Origin: a virus
Reading direction: 5' to 3' (one strand)
Virus record (IMG/VR): IMGVR_UViG_3300044630_005137
Span: 32,001-96,000 of that record
DNA length: 64,000 bases
Part shown: positions 40,798 to 50,735 of the stretch, one piece after another
Layout: each line of letters starts with the position of its first letter
Numbering within the stretch: position 1 is the stretch's first letter
The notes under the pieces: model-generated
Databases searched by the model: none
Told to the model about the DNA's origin: nothing
The model's input: the letters and a program-made list of their open reading frames with translations, nothing else
Made by a program: the position numbers and the translations under genes

Positions 40798-41847
40798 TTA
40801 AGAAGCAACCTTAACGTCTTTTACGACTACCCATGCATCTGCCTGCTCAATTTGGGTACCCACGCGAGTATACATTGTATATTCGATTGAGTCCTTCTTT
40901 GGCCAGAAGAAGCGGTAAACAGTTACATCACGCTTGATACCAATAACAACGTTATTTGGGAATGTCAAGTGGACGTCTCCGTGCTCTCCTGTTGGTGTTG
41001 CATATGATCCTACCTGAGTTTCCTTAAGTAGTGGAACTTCAACAATTGGAATACCAAATGCAAATGGTGCAACATATCCTGCTGGACCACCTAGACCACC
41101 CTGGTCTCCACGGATGATGCTTGAAGCAATATCCTGTGGGTTAACGTTCTGGATGTTCTGTGAAGTTGAATACAAGTAATCTTGTATAAGGTTTGAGCCT
41201 GCAAGGAAGCGTAGGTCTGGACGACGTTGCTTGTACTTACGTGGCATTGCCTTTAGAGCCTTGTTGAAGATGTCACGAGACACTGCTGCGCCCGCTCCAG
41301 CTACTACACGACCATTTGTCTTTGCAATCTTGACAATACCATCAAATGCCTTGTAAAGGTTATCTGAAGATAGTGCTGTGTTACCGTTAAGGACTACGTC
41401 CTCTAGGTCGTTACCAGCCTGTGTTGCCATAAGTCTTGCAATGTGATCTTCTAGGTCAGCGCCTTCAATATTGTCTTCTAGAGACTCAGTTGAAAGTTCC
41501 CAATCTAGGCGAAGCTTCTTTGTTGTGAGAGAAATCTTTGAGAACTGTACGGCTGAATTTGTGCCAGTGTTCTCTGCTTCGGATGCAAGCTTCATAAGCT
41601 TCTCTCCGACGCCGATACGATCAATCTCTGTAGTGTCAGCTCTCATTCGAACTGTACGTGCTACTTTACCGATTACTGTTGCATCGAACATGTAATCTAG
41701 GAATCTTGCGGATTGCTCAGGATTGAGCAAGCCTCCCTTACCCTCGGAACCTACGTGAATTCCGTCTGTAGGGGATGCAGCGCCAGTCATTCCACCTGTT
41801 AGTGTTGTGCCTGCTTCTGCTGCTTTTGCTAATAGTTCATTACTCAT
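40798..41847 (-). CDS. Major capsid protein (HK97 fold)
   Basis: GGLLNPEQSARF, L.TKKLRL.WE.S.E.LEDNIEG, DLED..LNG; follows the protease and precedes a terminator. Confidence 0.92.
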   Translation of the reverse strand: MSNELLAKAAEAGTTLTGGMTGAASPTDGIHVGSEGKGGLLNPEQSARFLDYMFDATVIGKVARTVRMRADTTEIDRIGVGEKLMKLASEAENTGTNSAVQFSKISLTTKKLRLDWELSTESLEDNIEGADLEDHIARLMATQAGNDLEDVVLNGNTALSSDNLYKAFDGIVKIAKTNGRVVAGAGAAVSRDIFNKALKAMPRKYKQRRPDLRFLAGSNLIQDYLYSTSQNIQNVNPQDIASSIIRGDQGGLGGPAGYVAPFAFGIPIVEVPLLKETQVGSYATPTGEHGDVHLTFPNNVVIGIKRDVTVYRFFWPKKDSIEYTMYTRVGTQIEQADAWVVVKDVKVAS

Positions 41848-41864
41848 TAGTTTTCACCATACCC

Positions 41865-43181
41865 TTATTTTGTTAATTCGCTAACGGAACCGAGGAAAGT
41901 GCCGTTCCATTTTGATTTTTTGATTGTTACTCCTGTTGACCCGCCAAGGTCAGAGGACTTCTTGATTGCAGTGTCTGATTCTACTGCGTCTACTCTTTTT
42001 TCAACTGTGTCCATTATAGACTTAATTGAATCAACTGCTGTTGAGAGTTCTGTGTGCTTTTCTGCTAATTCTGAAATTCTCAAATCGACATTCTTGCTAA
42101 AAGCTTCGACTGTCTCCTTGATTGTTGAAACCTGAGCAGCGTTTGCCTCAGAGGCCTTTTCCAAAGTCTCTGAGAAGAAACCCTTAAGGTCGCCTAGCAT
42201 TTTAACAAAGTCAGGTGACTCCTGAGCTGTTAGTTCTGCTGATTTTTCCAGAACTTCGGCAGAAGTTACTTCAGCTACAATTTCAGCAGAATCTTGTTCT
42301 ACTGGGGCAACTTCTTCAATAATTTCTGCAGGTGCTTCTGGAGCTACTGCTTCTTCTACTACTGGAGTTGCTTCTGTTACATTAAGCTTTTCCACTTCAT
42401 TTCCTCCTTCTGCAATTGCCGTATTTATATTTTGTGTTTCAGGCAATGTTTGCAATCTTGATCTACGTGAATCAAGAATCTTCTCTATTTCTTTTCCTTT
42501 GTTTACGTCGTTTGATTCTACCCACCCAATAAGCTCTGTCTTTTTGCCAGTAACTGGAGATAGGTATTCTGATTCTGTTGACATAAAAACAGAATCGCTG
42601 TCTGCACAATAAAAAATATTTTCCATTTTAACATCTGCTGCGATGCCTTTAAAAATCATTTGTCCGTTTACTTTTTCAATAGAAAAAATGTTACATAGTT
42701 CGTTTGCTGGTGAATCAACGATTGATAGTTCAACTAGTGCATAATCTTTAATAAATCTTACTGATGCTCCTGTTGATTTGTTTACTTCGTTATCTGATTC
42801 AAGAATCTTTCCGCCAATTGAGAATCCAGTGAGAGTTCCGTCTAAAACTTTCTCCCATGTATCCTGAGCGCCTTTTGAAATGTATGCATCAACGTAAACT
42901 CCGTTGTAAAATTCTTTTGTTATTGGGTCGTAAAAAGTTTCTGGTCTGAATGAAGCAACCTTGCCAACTGCAAGTGGCTGATGCATTTCTCTTAGGTTTC
43001 CTCTGAAACTTTCAAATGCTTTCATACTTGCTTCTTGTGTAACGACGTCACCAGTCTGATCCAGGTTGTCTAATGTTGCAAAACCCGAGACTGTTCTTTT
43101 TTCTCTATTGACCTTTGTAAATGGAACTGATAAATTAATAGCATTTCCATTAGAAGACCAATGTGACTTTTCTATGATCAT
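41865..43181 (-). CDS. Prohead maturation protease fused to scaffold
   Basis: V.GFAT...D..GDVV, REMH, GFSIGG and ELSIVDSPAN (HK97-type protease); acidic/coiled-coil C-terminus. Confidence 0.9.
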   Translation of the reverse strand: MIIEKSHWSSNGNAINLSVPFTKVNREKRTVSGFATLDNLDQTGDVVTQEASMKAFESFRGNLREMHQPLAVGKVASFRPETFYDPITKEFYNGVYVDAYISKGAQDTWEKVLDGTLTGFSIGGKILESDNEVNKSTGASVRFIKDYALVELSIVDSPANELCNIFSIEKVNGQMIFKGIAADVKMENIFYCADSDSVFMSTESEYLSPVTGKKTELIGWVESNDVNKGKEIEKILDSRRSRLQTLPETQNINTAIAEGGNEVEKLNVTEATPVVEEAVAPEAPAEIIEEVAPVEQDSAEIVAEVTSAEVLEKSAELTAQESPDFVKMLGDLKGFFSETLEKASEANAAQVSTIKETVEAFSKNVDLRISELAEKHTELSTAVDSIKSIMDTVEKRVDAVESDTAIKKSSDLGGSTGVTIKKSKWNGTFLGSVSELTK

Positions 43182-43237
43182 ATGTTATATATTATAGAGA
43201 TTGTTGTATCAAAAGGCAAATAACCAGTTGAGTAGGA

Positions 43238-44818
43238 CTAGTTGACTTGTCTTCCATCTCCCTTTGCATTTCTGCCCTCCCCAGATTTATCTGGTGAATT
43301 AGCAGATCTTTCTTGATCACGGGTTCTGCTTTGGGTTGCTTGGGCTTTAATTTCTGCGGCTTGGGCTGCAAGATCGACTGGTACGTCCCCGCCTTCTCTT
43401 GGGACCATGCCCATTCTAACTCTAATTTCATTTGGAGTTATTACCTGGAATCTAAGATATCTTTCATCTATTTTAGACTGTGTGTCCGCATCAGTTAAAC
43501 TTAATTCATTAAATTTAAGTTCTAGGGCATCAGTCATTTCCTGGATTATTTTATTTAATTTCTTTTCTAGGTTTTCCTGTGCTGGTCTGCAAACCTGCTC
43601 TTTAAATGTCTTATCTGCGTCTCTAGCAGCAGCTAAATTAATTCCTGCTGGTGTGCCAATTTTATTAATTGGGACTCTGTGAGCCATCAATATTTCATCT
43701 CGATTTGAATTTCTGTACTTTTCAAAAGAGCCTTCTTGTGCCCCTGCTTCAATTGGCTCCATTTTAAATTCAGTTTTTGAATCTGATGAGTCTGGTGGGA
43801 GTGGAATATACAGGGATCTATGATTTTTTCCTTTAAGCCCAACCTGAAAAAATTCAAGCAATTTACGCTCTGACTCTGGGGAAAGCTTTGCCCCCTTTAC
43901 TGTAATAATATATCTTGGTACCGCTTTATTTTCAAAGTAGTCCAGATTATACTTACCAGCAAATTCATTGCCTGCCATAGCATTTTGTGCAGCAATAATA
44001 TCTGGGATTCCATAATAATTATTTTTTGGAGTGTACTTCTTTAAATGAATAATTTCATTAGGTCTATCCTCTTGGCCAGCAATTGGGTTTACGGTTTCTG
44101 TGTCTCCGAAGTTTCTAAAGAATACTGCCTTACCATATAGAAGCTGTATAAAACCGTCTCTGAGGCGCCTCACACGCATTGTCTTTGAAGGTATATGACC
44201 GATGTACCCTATCTTGCCAGTCGTTGTTCTACCGACCTCCAGATAGCCATTACCAGTAGCCTCTATGTCAGTGTAGAATTTTATAAGTGTTTCTTTAAAT
44301 GTTTCATCTTCGTTGCAATCTTCTAGCCAACGATGTAGGTCTTGCTTAATTCTATTTAGCTTTTTACGTGCTCTTTCTAATTGCTTTTCATCTTCGATAT
44401 CTTCAAGAGTGTCTGTAGTTTTTTTTGATTCAATAAAGTCAAATCCTAAACCTACAATATTAGCAACCTTTGCATTTATTGCTGCGTAGTTGTAAGGTGA
44501 AATTTCATAAATTGTTGAAAGATAGTCTAAGTTGTATTCTGGTTGAATTAAGTCAAATGTTGCGTACCCGCTAACTGCCTGTTGATGTTGAAGTTGCTGG
44601 CTTACAGAACCATCTTTTCCAGTAAAAGCTTTTTGCAAGTCTCTCGATACTTTTCTTCTAAATGAAGCTCCAAGGCCTGAAAGCTTTAATACTTCTTCTG
44701 CATCTATATCAAACAGGTCGTCAGACTTTTGAGTCGTAGGGTTATTAAATCTTACCCAGTCTGCTGCATTTGAAATGTCAATATTTTCGCTAAAAATTTC
44801 GTCTTTAGATTCAATCAT
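43238..44818 (-). CDS. Portal protein
   Basis: TGNGYLEV.R, NEIIH.K, YYG.PD, YFEN.AVP, AHRVP, ITPNEIR motifs. Confidence 0.93.
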   Translation of the reverse strand: MIESKDEIFSENIDISNAADWVRFNNPTTQKSDDLFDIDAEEVLKLSGLGASFRRKVSRDLQKAFTGKDGSVSQQLQHQQAVSGYATFDLIQPEYNLDYLSTIYEISPYNYAAINAKVANIVGLGFDFIESKKTTDTLEDIEDEKQLERARKKLNRIKQDLHRWLEDCNEDETFKETLIKFYTDIEATGNGYLEVGRTTTGKIGYIGHIPSKTMRVRRLRDGFIQLLYGKAVFFRNFGDTETVNPIAGQEDRPNEIIHLKKYTPKNNYYGIPDIIAAQNAMAGNEFAGKYNLDYFENKAVPRYIITVKGAKLSPESERKLLEFFQVGLKGKNHRSLYIPLPPDSSDSKTEFKMEPIEAGAQEGSFEKYRNSNRDEILMAHRVPINKIGTPAGINLAAARDADKTFKEQVCRPAQENLEKKLNKIIQEMTDALELKFNELSLTDADTQSKIDERYLRFQVITPNEIRVRMGMVPREGGDVPVDLAAQAAEIKAQATQSRTRDQERSANSPDKSGEGRNAKGDGRQVN

Positions 44819-45159
44819 TTTTGAGGACCCCTAAGTTTAGCCATCTCTTCCTTGTGAACTCCTATGTCCAACGGATCTGGGGTAAGACCCCATCTTAATC
44901 TTTGCTTCTGGTATTCAAACTCTTCTTCATCAATTTGTCGGCTTCCTTCAATAAATTTAGGCTGGCCTTCTTCAATTCCATAATGAGCAACCGCTTTTGC
45001 TAACAAATCAATTCTTTCTTTATTGCCCAGCATTGATTGTATAGACAAGAAGTTGTTGTCTTCGTCGCCAATCCATCTGCCGTCAGGCATCTCCCAGACA
45101 TAGACTCCTAATCTAGTCTCGCCAGATTTCATTTGAGCGTTAATTCTTTTTATGTCCAT
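44815..45159 (-). CDS. Hypothetical protein upstream of the portal
   Basis: 114 aa; ATGA-coupled to the portal; extended -10 element 8 nt upstream. Confidence 0.65.
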   Translation of the reverse strand: MDIKRINAQMKSGETRLGVYVWEMPDGRWIGDEDNNFLSIQSMLGNKERIDLLAKAVAHYGIEEGQPKFIEGSRQIDEEEFEYQKQRLRWGLTPDPLDIGVHKEEMAKLRGPQK

Positions 45160-45167
45160 AGTTAATT

Positions 45168-45176
45168 ATTTTACCA
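45168..45176 (-). promoter_or_regulatory. Extended -10 promoter TGGTAAAAT
   Basis: Motif copy upstream of the head operon. Confidence 0.65.
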
Positions 45177-45222
45177 TTCTTATATCCATAAGTCCAGCTT
45201 TTTGTCACTCAACCTGACAAAA

Positions 45223-46986
45223 TTATATAATCTGGAACACAACCCTGTCTCTAGAGTAGGTTGAGACTGAGTCTTCTGTCATGCTCATTGACGAACCCCT
45301 CCCAACAGATAAAGTTTTGCCTGTGTAAAGGTCATAATGCTCCTGGTGGCTAACTAATGGGTCTGAGTATAGGGCAATATTCTGATAAAGGTTATCATCA
45401 AGCACACCAGATCTCACTCCTAATAGTTGCTTTCCGTTAAACCAAATTTGTCCACTTATTACAGAATCTGTTTTTATAAGTATATAATTGGGCTCATCTA
45501 TATATAAGTATGAGGATATGTTTGTTGCTGAAGATGCATCTTGCCCATTTATATAGATATTACTAATGTTGGATTTTGATATCACCCCGCCTGCCGCCCA
45601 GGAGAGTGAGGTCTCTGTAGATCCAGGTTTGTTGAATATCAAATGTCCGCTAGACAATGATTTTGGAGTAAATATCATTTCAATATTTCTAACATCATTT
45701 GATGAGTTTATAAAAAATGCTGAAGACTTTGGTCTTATTCCATTATCATAATTTCTAGTTCTAACTGGATATTTATTATTTGATATGTCAAAATCCCAGA
45801 TAGTTCCAGTAGTGGGCTGTGATGTAGACAAGATGCCGCTACCGTTGTGAGAAAACATTTTCTTTTCAGAATGAAAATAAATTTTTAAATAATATAGCTC
45901 TGGAATGTATCTGTCTGAATTAGTTGATGAAAAAACTACTTTAAAATACAATATTTTTTGTGAAGAAAAGCTAGAGCCCTGTGTAAATCCTGGTATAGAT
46001 GATCCATTTACACATATAGTCCATGGGCCAGTCTCGGATGTTTCTGATACATATACCGAAACCCCTTTTGATGCCATCCATTCTATTTTTGAAGATACAT
46101 ATTCATTTGTAATATTTAATACTAAATCTTCTACAAATTCTCCAGTAGTAAATCCTGAATTTAAATACAAACTATTGTTAATTGAGTTGTAAGCCAATGC
46201 CTCATTGTCGTATATAAGATCTTTCCATAATATTTGAACGGGATAAACATATCTGGTCTTTATATCTTGATATCTTTCTGCGCCCCTAAATAGCTCTCCC
46301 AGATCTGGTCCTGGGATTTGCTCATCATTAATTAAAAATAAATTATTGTAGTGAGATAATATTGAATTTGCAGAAAGAGCATATCTATAAACCGCTGGGC
46401 AATCAATTAAAAAATATTGATCTCCTGTGGCTGGGCCACATGACAAGGTTATGCTTGTGTTTGTAAAAGATATTGATATCGTCTTATTTGCAACTAGCAA
46501 TCCGTCTACATACAAACTCATTGAGTCTACTGAATATACACCAACAACATGAATTACTCTATTTGAATTAGGAACAGAGTAATCAACTCTTTCATTTTCT
46601 AATTTAAACACTACATTGCCATTATCCCAATACAAACCAATGCCGTCAGAATCTGCAAATATTGGAGTTACTGATGTTAATGTTTTTGGATGAAACCATG
46701 CCTCGAGGGTAAAATCTTTATCAGAGGTTGAAACGGTTGCAAATCCTCCAGTACCAGTGGTGCCAGAAAAATCTTTTGAAATAGCAAACTGTATTGATTT
46801 AGAGCTATCTATTTTATTTGTGTGTGTGCCACCATCAACTATTGGCATTCCAGATATTCCAATTCCACCTACATACGATCCGTTATTTCCACATCCAGAA
46901 CTATCATAGGCTACAGACCCAGATGTCTCATCTAGCTTCCATAAGCCAGTAGGAGAATCTTTTATTACATCAAGGTAGTAGGACAT
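45223..46986 (-). CDS. LamG/concanavalin-A-like virion protein
   Basis: DSP.GLWKLDETSG..A.DSSG, FTLEAWF, HVVGVY, LYVDG, AVY.YALS...I..HY. Confidence 0.8.
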   Translation of the reverse strand: MSYYLDVIKDSPTGLWKLDETSGSVAYDSSGCGNNGSYVGGIGISGMPIVDGGTHTNKIDSSKSIQFAISKDFSGTTGTGGFATVSTSDKDFTLEAWFHPKTLTSVTPIFADSDGIGLYWDNGNVVFKLENERVDYSVPNSNRVIHVVGVYSVDSMSLYVDGLLVANKTISISFTNTSITLSCGPATGDQYFLIDCPAVYRYALSANSILSHYNNLFLINDEQIPGPDLGELFRGAERYQDIKTRYVYPVQILWKDLIYDNEALAYNSINNSLYLNSGFTTGEFVEDLVLNITNEYVSSKIEWMASKGVSVYVSETSETGPWTICVNGSSIPGFTQGSSFSSQKILYFKVVFSSTNSDRYIPELYYLKIYFHSEKKMFSHNGSGILSTSQPTTGTIWDFDISNNKYPVRTRNYDNGIRPKSSAFFINSSNDVRNIEMIFTPKSLSSGHLIFNKPGSTETSLSWAAGGVISKSNISNIYINGQDASSATNISSYLYIDEPNYILIKTDSVISGQIWFNGKQLLGVRSGVLDDNLYQNIALYSDPLVSHQEHYDLYTGKTLSVGRGSSMSMTEDSVSTYSRDRVVFQII

Positions 46987-46992
46987 ATTTTA

Positions 46993-47001
46993 ATTATATC
47001 A
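46993..47001 (-). promoter_or_regulatory. Extended -10 promoter TGATATAAT (leaderless)
   Basis: 6 nt upstream of ATG 46986; no RBS. Confidence 0.65.
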
Positions 47002-47012
47002 GAGGGTATTAG

Positions 47013-47558
47013 TTAAACCCAATGACCTATTGCAATGTATCTAGAATTACCATAAGCTGGATCTGCAGATACCTGCATTTCTGATGGGGCTATAATTATG
47101 CTGCCCGCTTCAGGCTTAAACTTAGGCTTTCCAGGTATTAAAATCTCTCCATTTGAAAAAGAATCATTAATGTACATTCTGGCCGTATACTTTCCATTTG
47201 CCCCGCAGTTGTTCTTTACTTGGCCCTCATCATGCTTTCTTACAAAGTACTTCGTGCTTAAGTTAACCTGCTCTTCTATGTTATTAAACAGCCTATATTG
47301 ACTAAAGCAATGATGAAATGTGGCTTTTAGATTATTAATTATAAAAAGACTACGAGTATCTACGGTTTCTGTTTCATTTGAGAAATCAGAAGATATTCTT
47401 TTTTCATAACCATATTCTGTATCGTGCCACTTACTAATTAAGTTGGTTGTATTGTTTTCGCTTTCTTCAAGGAAGCTTATATAATTCCCAATCTCTTGAA
47501 GACAATATGTAAAATAAAATGTCTTTGGTGCAATTTCTTGAAAAACGTACATTGCCAT
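47013..47558 (-). CDS. Degenerate P4H-like 2OG-Fe(II) oxygenase lacking iron ligands
   Basis: Keeps MYINDSFSNGEI, KPEAGSIII.PS and SRY, but has no HxD and no distal His. Confidence 0.7.
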   Translation of the reverse strand: MAMYVFQEIAPKTFYFTYCLQEIGNYISFLEESENNTTNLISKWHDTEYGYEKRISSDFSNETETVDTRSLFIINNLKATFHHCFSQYRLFNNIEEQVNLSTKYFVRKHDEGQVKNNCGANGKYTARMYINDSFSNGEILIPGKPKFKPEAGSIIIAPSEMQVSADPAYGNSRYIAIGHWV

Positions 47559-47570
47559 AATTAACTCTTT

Positions 47571-48287
47571 CTAGTTTGGAATAAAAACGCCATCTACGAA
47601 TTTACCAGTGTTAAGCCAAAACGAAGGAACCATATATTTAGATCCGCCTTTTATAAGGTGTGCTGTATGACTATATGGATCTGTTGAAGGAAAGATTATT
47701 ACGCTTCCAGCCTTCGGCTTAACGTGAAACATAATTCTATCATGATTAAGTGGGCTATCAAAATCTTCTGCAGCGGCATCATCTGTAGAAGTCAATACTC
47801 CATCTTTTACATTAAAAGATATTTCTCCGCCTTCGTAATCATCATTTAAATACATTACCATAGAATACCTAAGTCTTCTATCCCCCTCTTGCTGATCAAA
47901 GTGGGATCCCATAAAAGTTCCAGGCATGTATTTTTTAATTGCTGTATCTGTCATTAAAATTATCTCAGCATCATCACCGATTTTTGAAGCATAATCTTCA
48001 CAGACATTTTTCATACCATCAAATATCTCATTGAAAATATAGTTGCAATCATCTATAACATCTTCGGATATATTTTTTTCTATATCTTCAGAAGACAAAC
48101 ACTTTATTCTTTTGTGTGATCCATAAATGTACATTTGTCCACTACATGCACCCCACTCTTCCCAGGGGGTGATGAAGCTTGAGTATTTATCAGATTCTGT
48201 TGATTCGATTAAATCAACAAGCTTTTTAGGCTCCTTTATAACATCAGTGTAGTAATACACCTTATCAAATAATTCTTCGCTTTTCAT
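47571..48287 (-). CDS. Prolyl-4-hydroxylase-like 2OG-Fe(II) oxygenase
   Basis: HFD...YLNDDYEGGE...KPKAGS..IFPS...SHTA...GSKY. Confidence 0.9.
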   Translation of the reverse strand: MKSEELFDKVYYYTDVIKEPKKLVDLIESTESDKYSSFITPWEEWGACSGQMYIYGSHKRIKCLSSEDIEKNISEDVIDDCNYIFNEIFDGMKNVCEDYASKIGDDAEIILMTDTAIKKYMPGTFMGSHFDQQEGDRRLRYSMVMYLNDDYEGGEISFNVKDGVLTSTDDAAAEDFDSPLNHDRIMFHVKPKAGSVIIFPSTDPYSHTAHLIKGGSKYMVPSFWLNTGKFVDGVFIPN

Positions 48288-48316
48288 ACTTCCTCCTACT
48301 TATAACTTTTGTAATA

Positions 48317-48325
48317 ATTGTACCA
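48317..48325 (-). promoter_or_regulatory. Extended -10 promoter TGGTACAAT, internal to the oxygenase cassette
   Basis: Motif copy upstream of the RBS AGGAGG of 47571-48287. Confidence 0.6.
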
Positions 48326-48332
48326 GATATTG

Positions 48333-49142
48333 TTACTTAAATAAATCTTCTTTATCTGGGTAAACAAACTCTGGCTCCCAATTGGGATCTTGCTTAAACA
48401 AAACATCTTCTCCAGTTGGATCTATCCAAAACATCGGAAGCATGTATTTCCATCCTGATTTTACTTCATGCGCTGTATGACTAAATGGTGAGGGTGATGG
48501 GAATATAACTATGCTACCAGCTTCTGGTTTAATATAGAAGTCGTACAATCCCTCATTAGCAGGATGCATAAGGTCACCCTGCAAAGAAAGTTCTGTGGCA
48601 GTCAAAACTCCTTCTTTTATAGAAAAAGAAAGCTCTCCGCCTTCATAGTCATCATTTGGCCAAACTACTAAAGAATAAAGAAGCCTTGTGTCACCTTCTT
48701 GAGAGTCGTGATGAACTCCCATATAGTTGCCAGCCCTATATCTATGAACACCAAACTGTTCTAATAGGGTAAGTTCTTTATCTATGCCTTGTTCTTTTTT
48801 ATAATCTTCACATACATATCTTATGGCATTAAATAATGGGTCTCTTATTTTAATAAACATTTCTTTTGTTTCTTCAGAAACGTCTTTATCTATGTTATAT
48901 ACATTATTTAATAAACATAATTTTTTATATCCATAAACATATGGGTGCCCCATAGATCTGTTTTCGTCTACATCCCACTGATTCCACGGTGTTAATACAG
49001 GGTATATATCAGGATTATTTTCAGAATCATTTACAAGATCTAGCCATTCTTTTACATTAGGAATAGCATTTCTATAATAATAAACTTGCGGGTGAAGCTC
49101 TTCTCTAATCATTCCGTTTTCTAATACAGTCGTTTTTATCAT
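48333..49142 (-). CDS. Prolyl-4-hydroxylase-like 2OG-Fe(II) oxygenase
   Basis: HHD...NDDYEGGEL...KPEAGS..IFPS...SHTA...GWKY. Confidence 0.9.
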   Translation of the reverse strand: MIKTTVLENGMIREELHPQVYYYRNAIPNVKEWLDLVNDSENNPDIYPVLTPWNQWDVDENRSMGHPYVYGYKKLCLLNNVYNIDKDVSEETKEMFIKIRDPLFNAIRYVCEDYKKEQGIDKELTLLEQFGVHRYRAGNYMGVHHDSQEGDTRLLYSLVVWPNDDYEGGELSFSIKEGVLTATELSLQGDLMHPANEGLYDFYIKPEAGSIVIFPSPSPFSHTAHEVKSGWKYMLPMFWIDPTGEDVLFKQDPNWEPEFVYPDKEDLFK

Positions 49143-49891
49143 TCTATCTCCAATGCTACTTCTTTTTTAGCAGTTTGATCTGGTCCAGGCTTTAGTCTTT
49201 CACCTCTTGCTTTAAGTTCTGCCCAAAGCTCTGCGTCCTCTGCCTGTCTTTTTCTTTGATCTGCTATATCGGTTTCCCACATAGCCTGCTTTTCTTCGCT
49301 ATAAACAGCCTCTTCATTATCCCAAAATGATCCTATAGTTATTCTTGTTCCTTTAGTAATCATTTGTACTTCATGTATATTGTGATGACCTCCAGCAAAT
49401 GCTGCTAGCATTCCAGTTTTTGGCTGCAAAGAAATATCATGATCTCTAAAGTTTAAAACGCCACCTTCAAAATCATCATTTAAATAAAGAAATGCTGCCC
49501 ACTTGCTTCTTTCAAAAGAATTATACTCTGGTGAGTCTATTGGTGTATTGTCTGAATGATAACCAGCGTATGCTCCCTCTACCCATTTTTGTGCATGATA
49601 GCTAACTAGTCTAACTTTATCACCTCTACATATCTCTGTAGCTTCCTGTATTTTATCTTGAAGTGTAATAAAAAAATCAGGCGATAAACCAAACTTTTCT
49701 TTATCTTCATCGTCTGGCAAGTTAGATGCAAATGAGTCATAAAATGATATTGGTGCCCACGGAAGAGTTCCTTTTTCTACAGAATGTTCCCAGTATTTAA
49801 TAACTTTTTCGCAATCTTCTGGACTAAGAAAGTTTTCAAAAAACACTATGTCTTCTTTAATTCTATTTTGATTTTCTAAATTAAATGTCAT
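49139..49891 (-). CDS. Prolyl-hydroxylase-like 2OG-Fe(II) oxygenase
   Basis: HSD...YLNDDFEGG.L...HEV...GTR. Confidence 0.9.
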   Translation of the reverse strand: MTFNLENQNRIKEDIVFFENFLSPEDCEKVIKYWEHSVEKGTLPWAPISFYDSFASNLPDDEDKEKFGLSPDFFITLQDKIQEATEICRGDKVRLVSYHAQKWVEGAYAGYHSDNTPIDSPEYNSFERSKWAAFLYLNDDFEGGVLNFRDHDISLQPKTGMLAAFAGGHHNIHEVQMITKGTRITIGSFWDNEEAVYSEEKQAMWETDIADQRKRQAEDAELWAELKARGERLKPGPDQTAKKEVALEIE

Positions 49892-50735
49892 TTAAATTAA
49901 TCCTTTCTAGCTTTTTAAGTTCATCATAGTTTATTGTTTGATAAGCTCCAGACTTTCTTTCTTCTTTAGTTCTGGCAATTTCCATTTCTTTCCATATCTC
50001 TTTACCATAAAGCTTTTCGTTTTCTAGCCATTCTTTCGAGCCAGGATAAAATCTTACCCAATGATTTCTTACAAAATATTTAGGTGTGCCCTTTACCTTT
50101 TCAACTCCATGCATATAGAATTGACCAGCATCAGAAAGGAAATCTGGGTCTCCTGCTGGGAACAAAAGTACATCACCCTTTTCTGGCTTGTAATAGAATG
50201 TTTTGTTGTCTACCAAGAATGTCAGGCCACCGCCTTCGTAATCTCCATTTAAATACATTGTACATGTAAATGTAAACTTGTATCCTCTAAAGTCATGATA
50301 ATCTCTCTGATAGTCTGTGTGTACATGCATAGCGAGATCGGACTCTTCTATACCGCCTTCAACTTCATACTTGCATATAGAAGGACCCATTCTTTTCCAT
50401 AGTTGAGTTAGAGATCCTTCTTCTTCATTAAAAACTTCAGCATCACGATCAATTGGTACACCAAATGTTTCTGCATACTGATTTGTTGTTTTATCAAATA
50501 CTTCAATTAGCTCTTCCCAGCAAAGTCTTTCTAGTGATGTTCTTTCAGAAGATTCAACAGAGTTGTCAAACTGATCCGCCTCTTTGCCAAAAGTATACCA
50601 ACCATGCCAATTTAAAGCAGATCCTTCTGGGTTCTTTTCAGAATCCATAATTGTTTTTGTTAACAAATCAATATCTTTCCAGGGATTTTTGAATACCCAT
50701 ATTTTTGGGTATATCTCTCTATATTTAAGTGTCAT
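49881..50735 (-). CDS. Prolyl-4-hydroxylase-like 2OG-Fe(II) oxygenase
   Basis: HTD...YLNGDYEGG.L...KPEKGD..LFP...HGV...PKY. Confidence 0.9.
   Translation of the reverse strand: MTLKYREIYPKIWVFKNPWKDIDLLTKTIMDSEKNPEGSALNWHGWYTFGKEADQFDNSVESSERTSLERLCWEELIEVFDKTTNQYAETFGVPIDRDAEVFNEEEGSLTQLWKRMGPSICKYEVEGGIEESDLAMHVHTDYQRDYHDFRGYKFTFTCTMYLNGDYEGGGLTFLVDNKTFYYKPEKGDVLLFPAGDPDFLSDAGQFYMHGVEKVKGTPKYFVRNHWVRFYPGSKEWLENEKLYGKEIWKEMEIARTKEERKSGAYQTINYDELKKLERINLNDI

Noticed and set aside
43192-43431. 79-aa minus-strand ORF overlapping the portal 3' end
   Set aside because: It is almost entirely within the portal gene in another frame and has no recognisable features or RBS.
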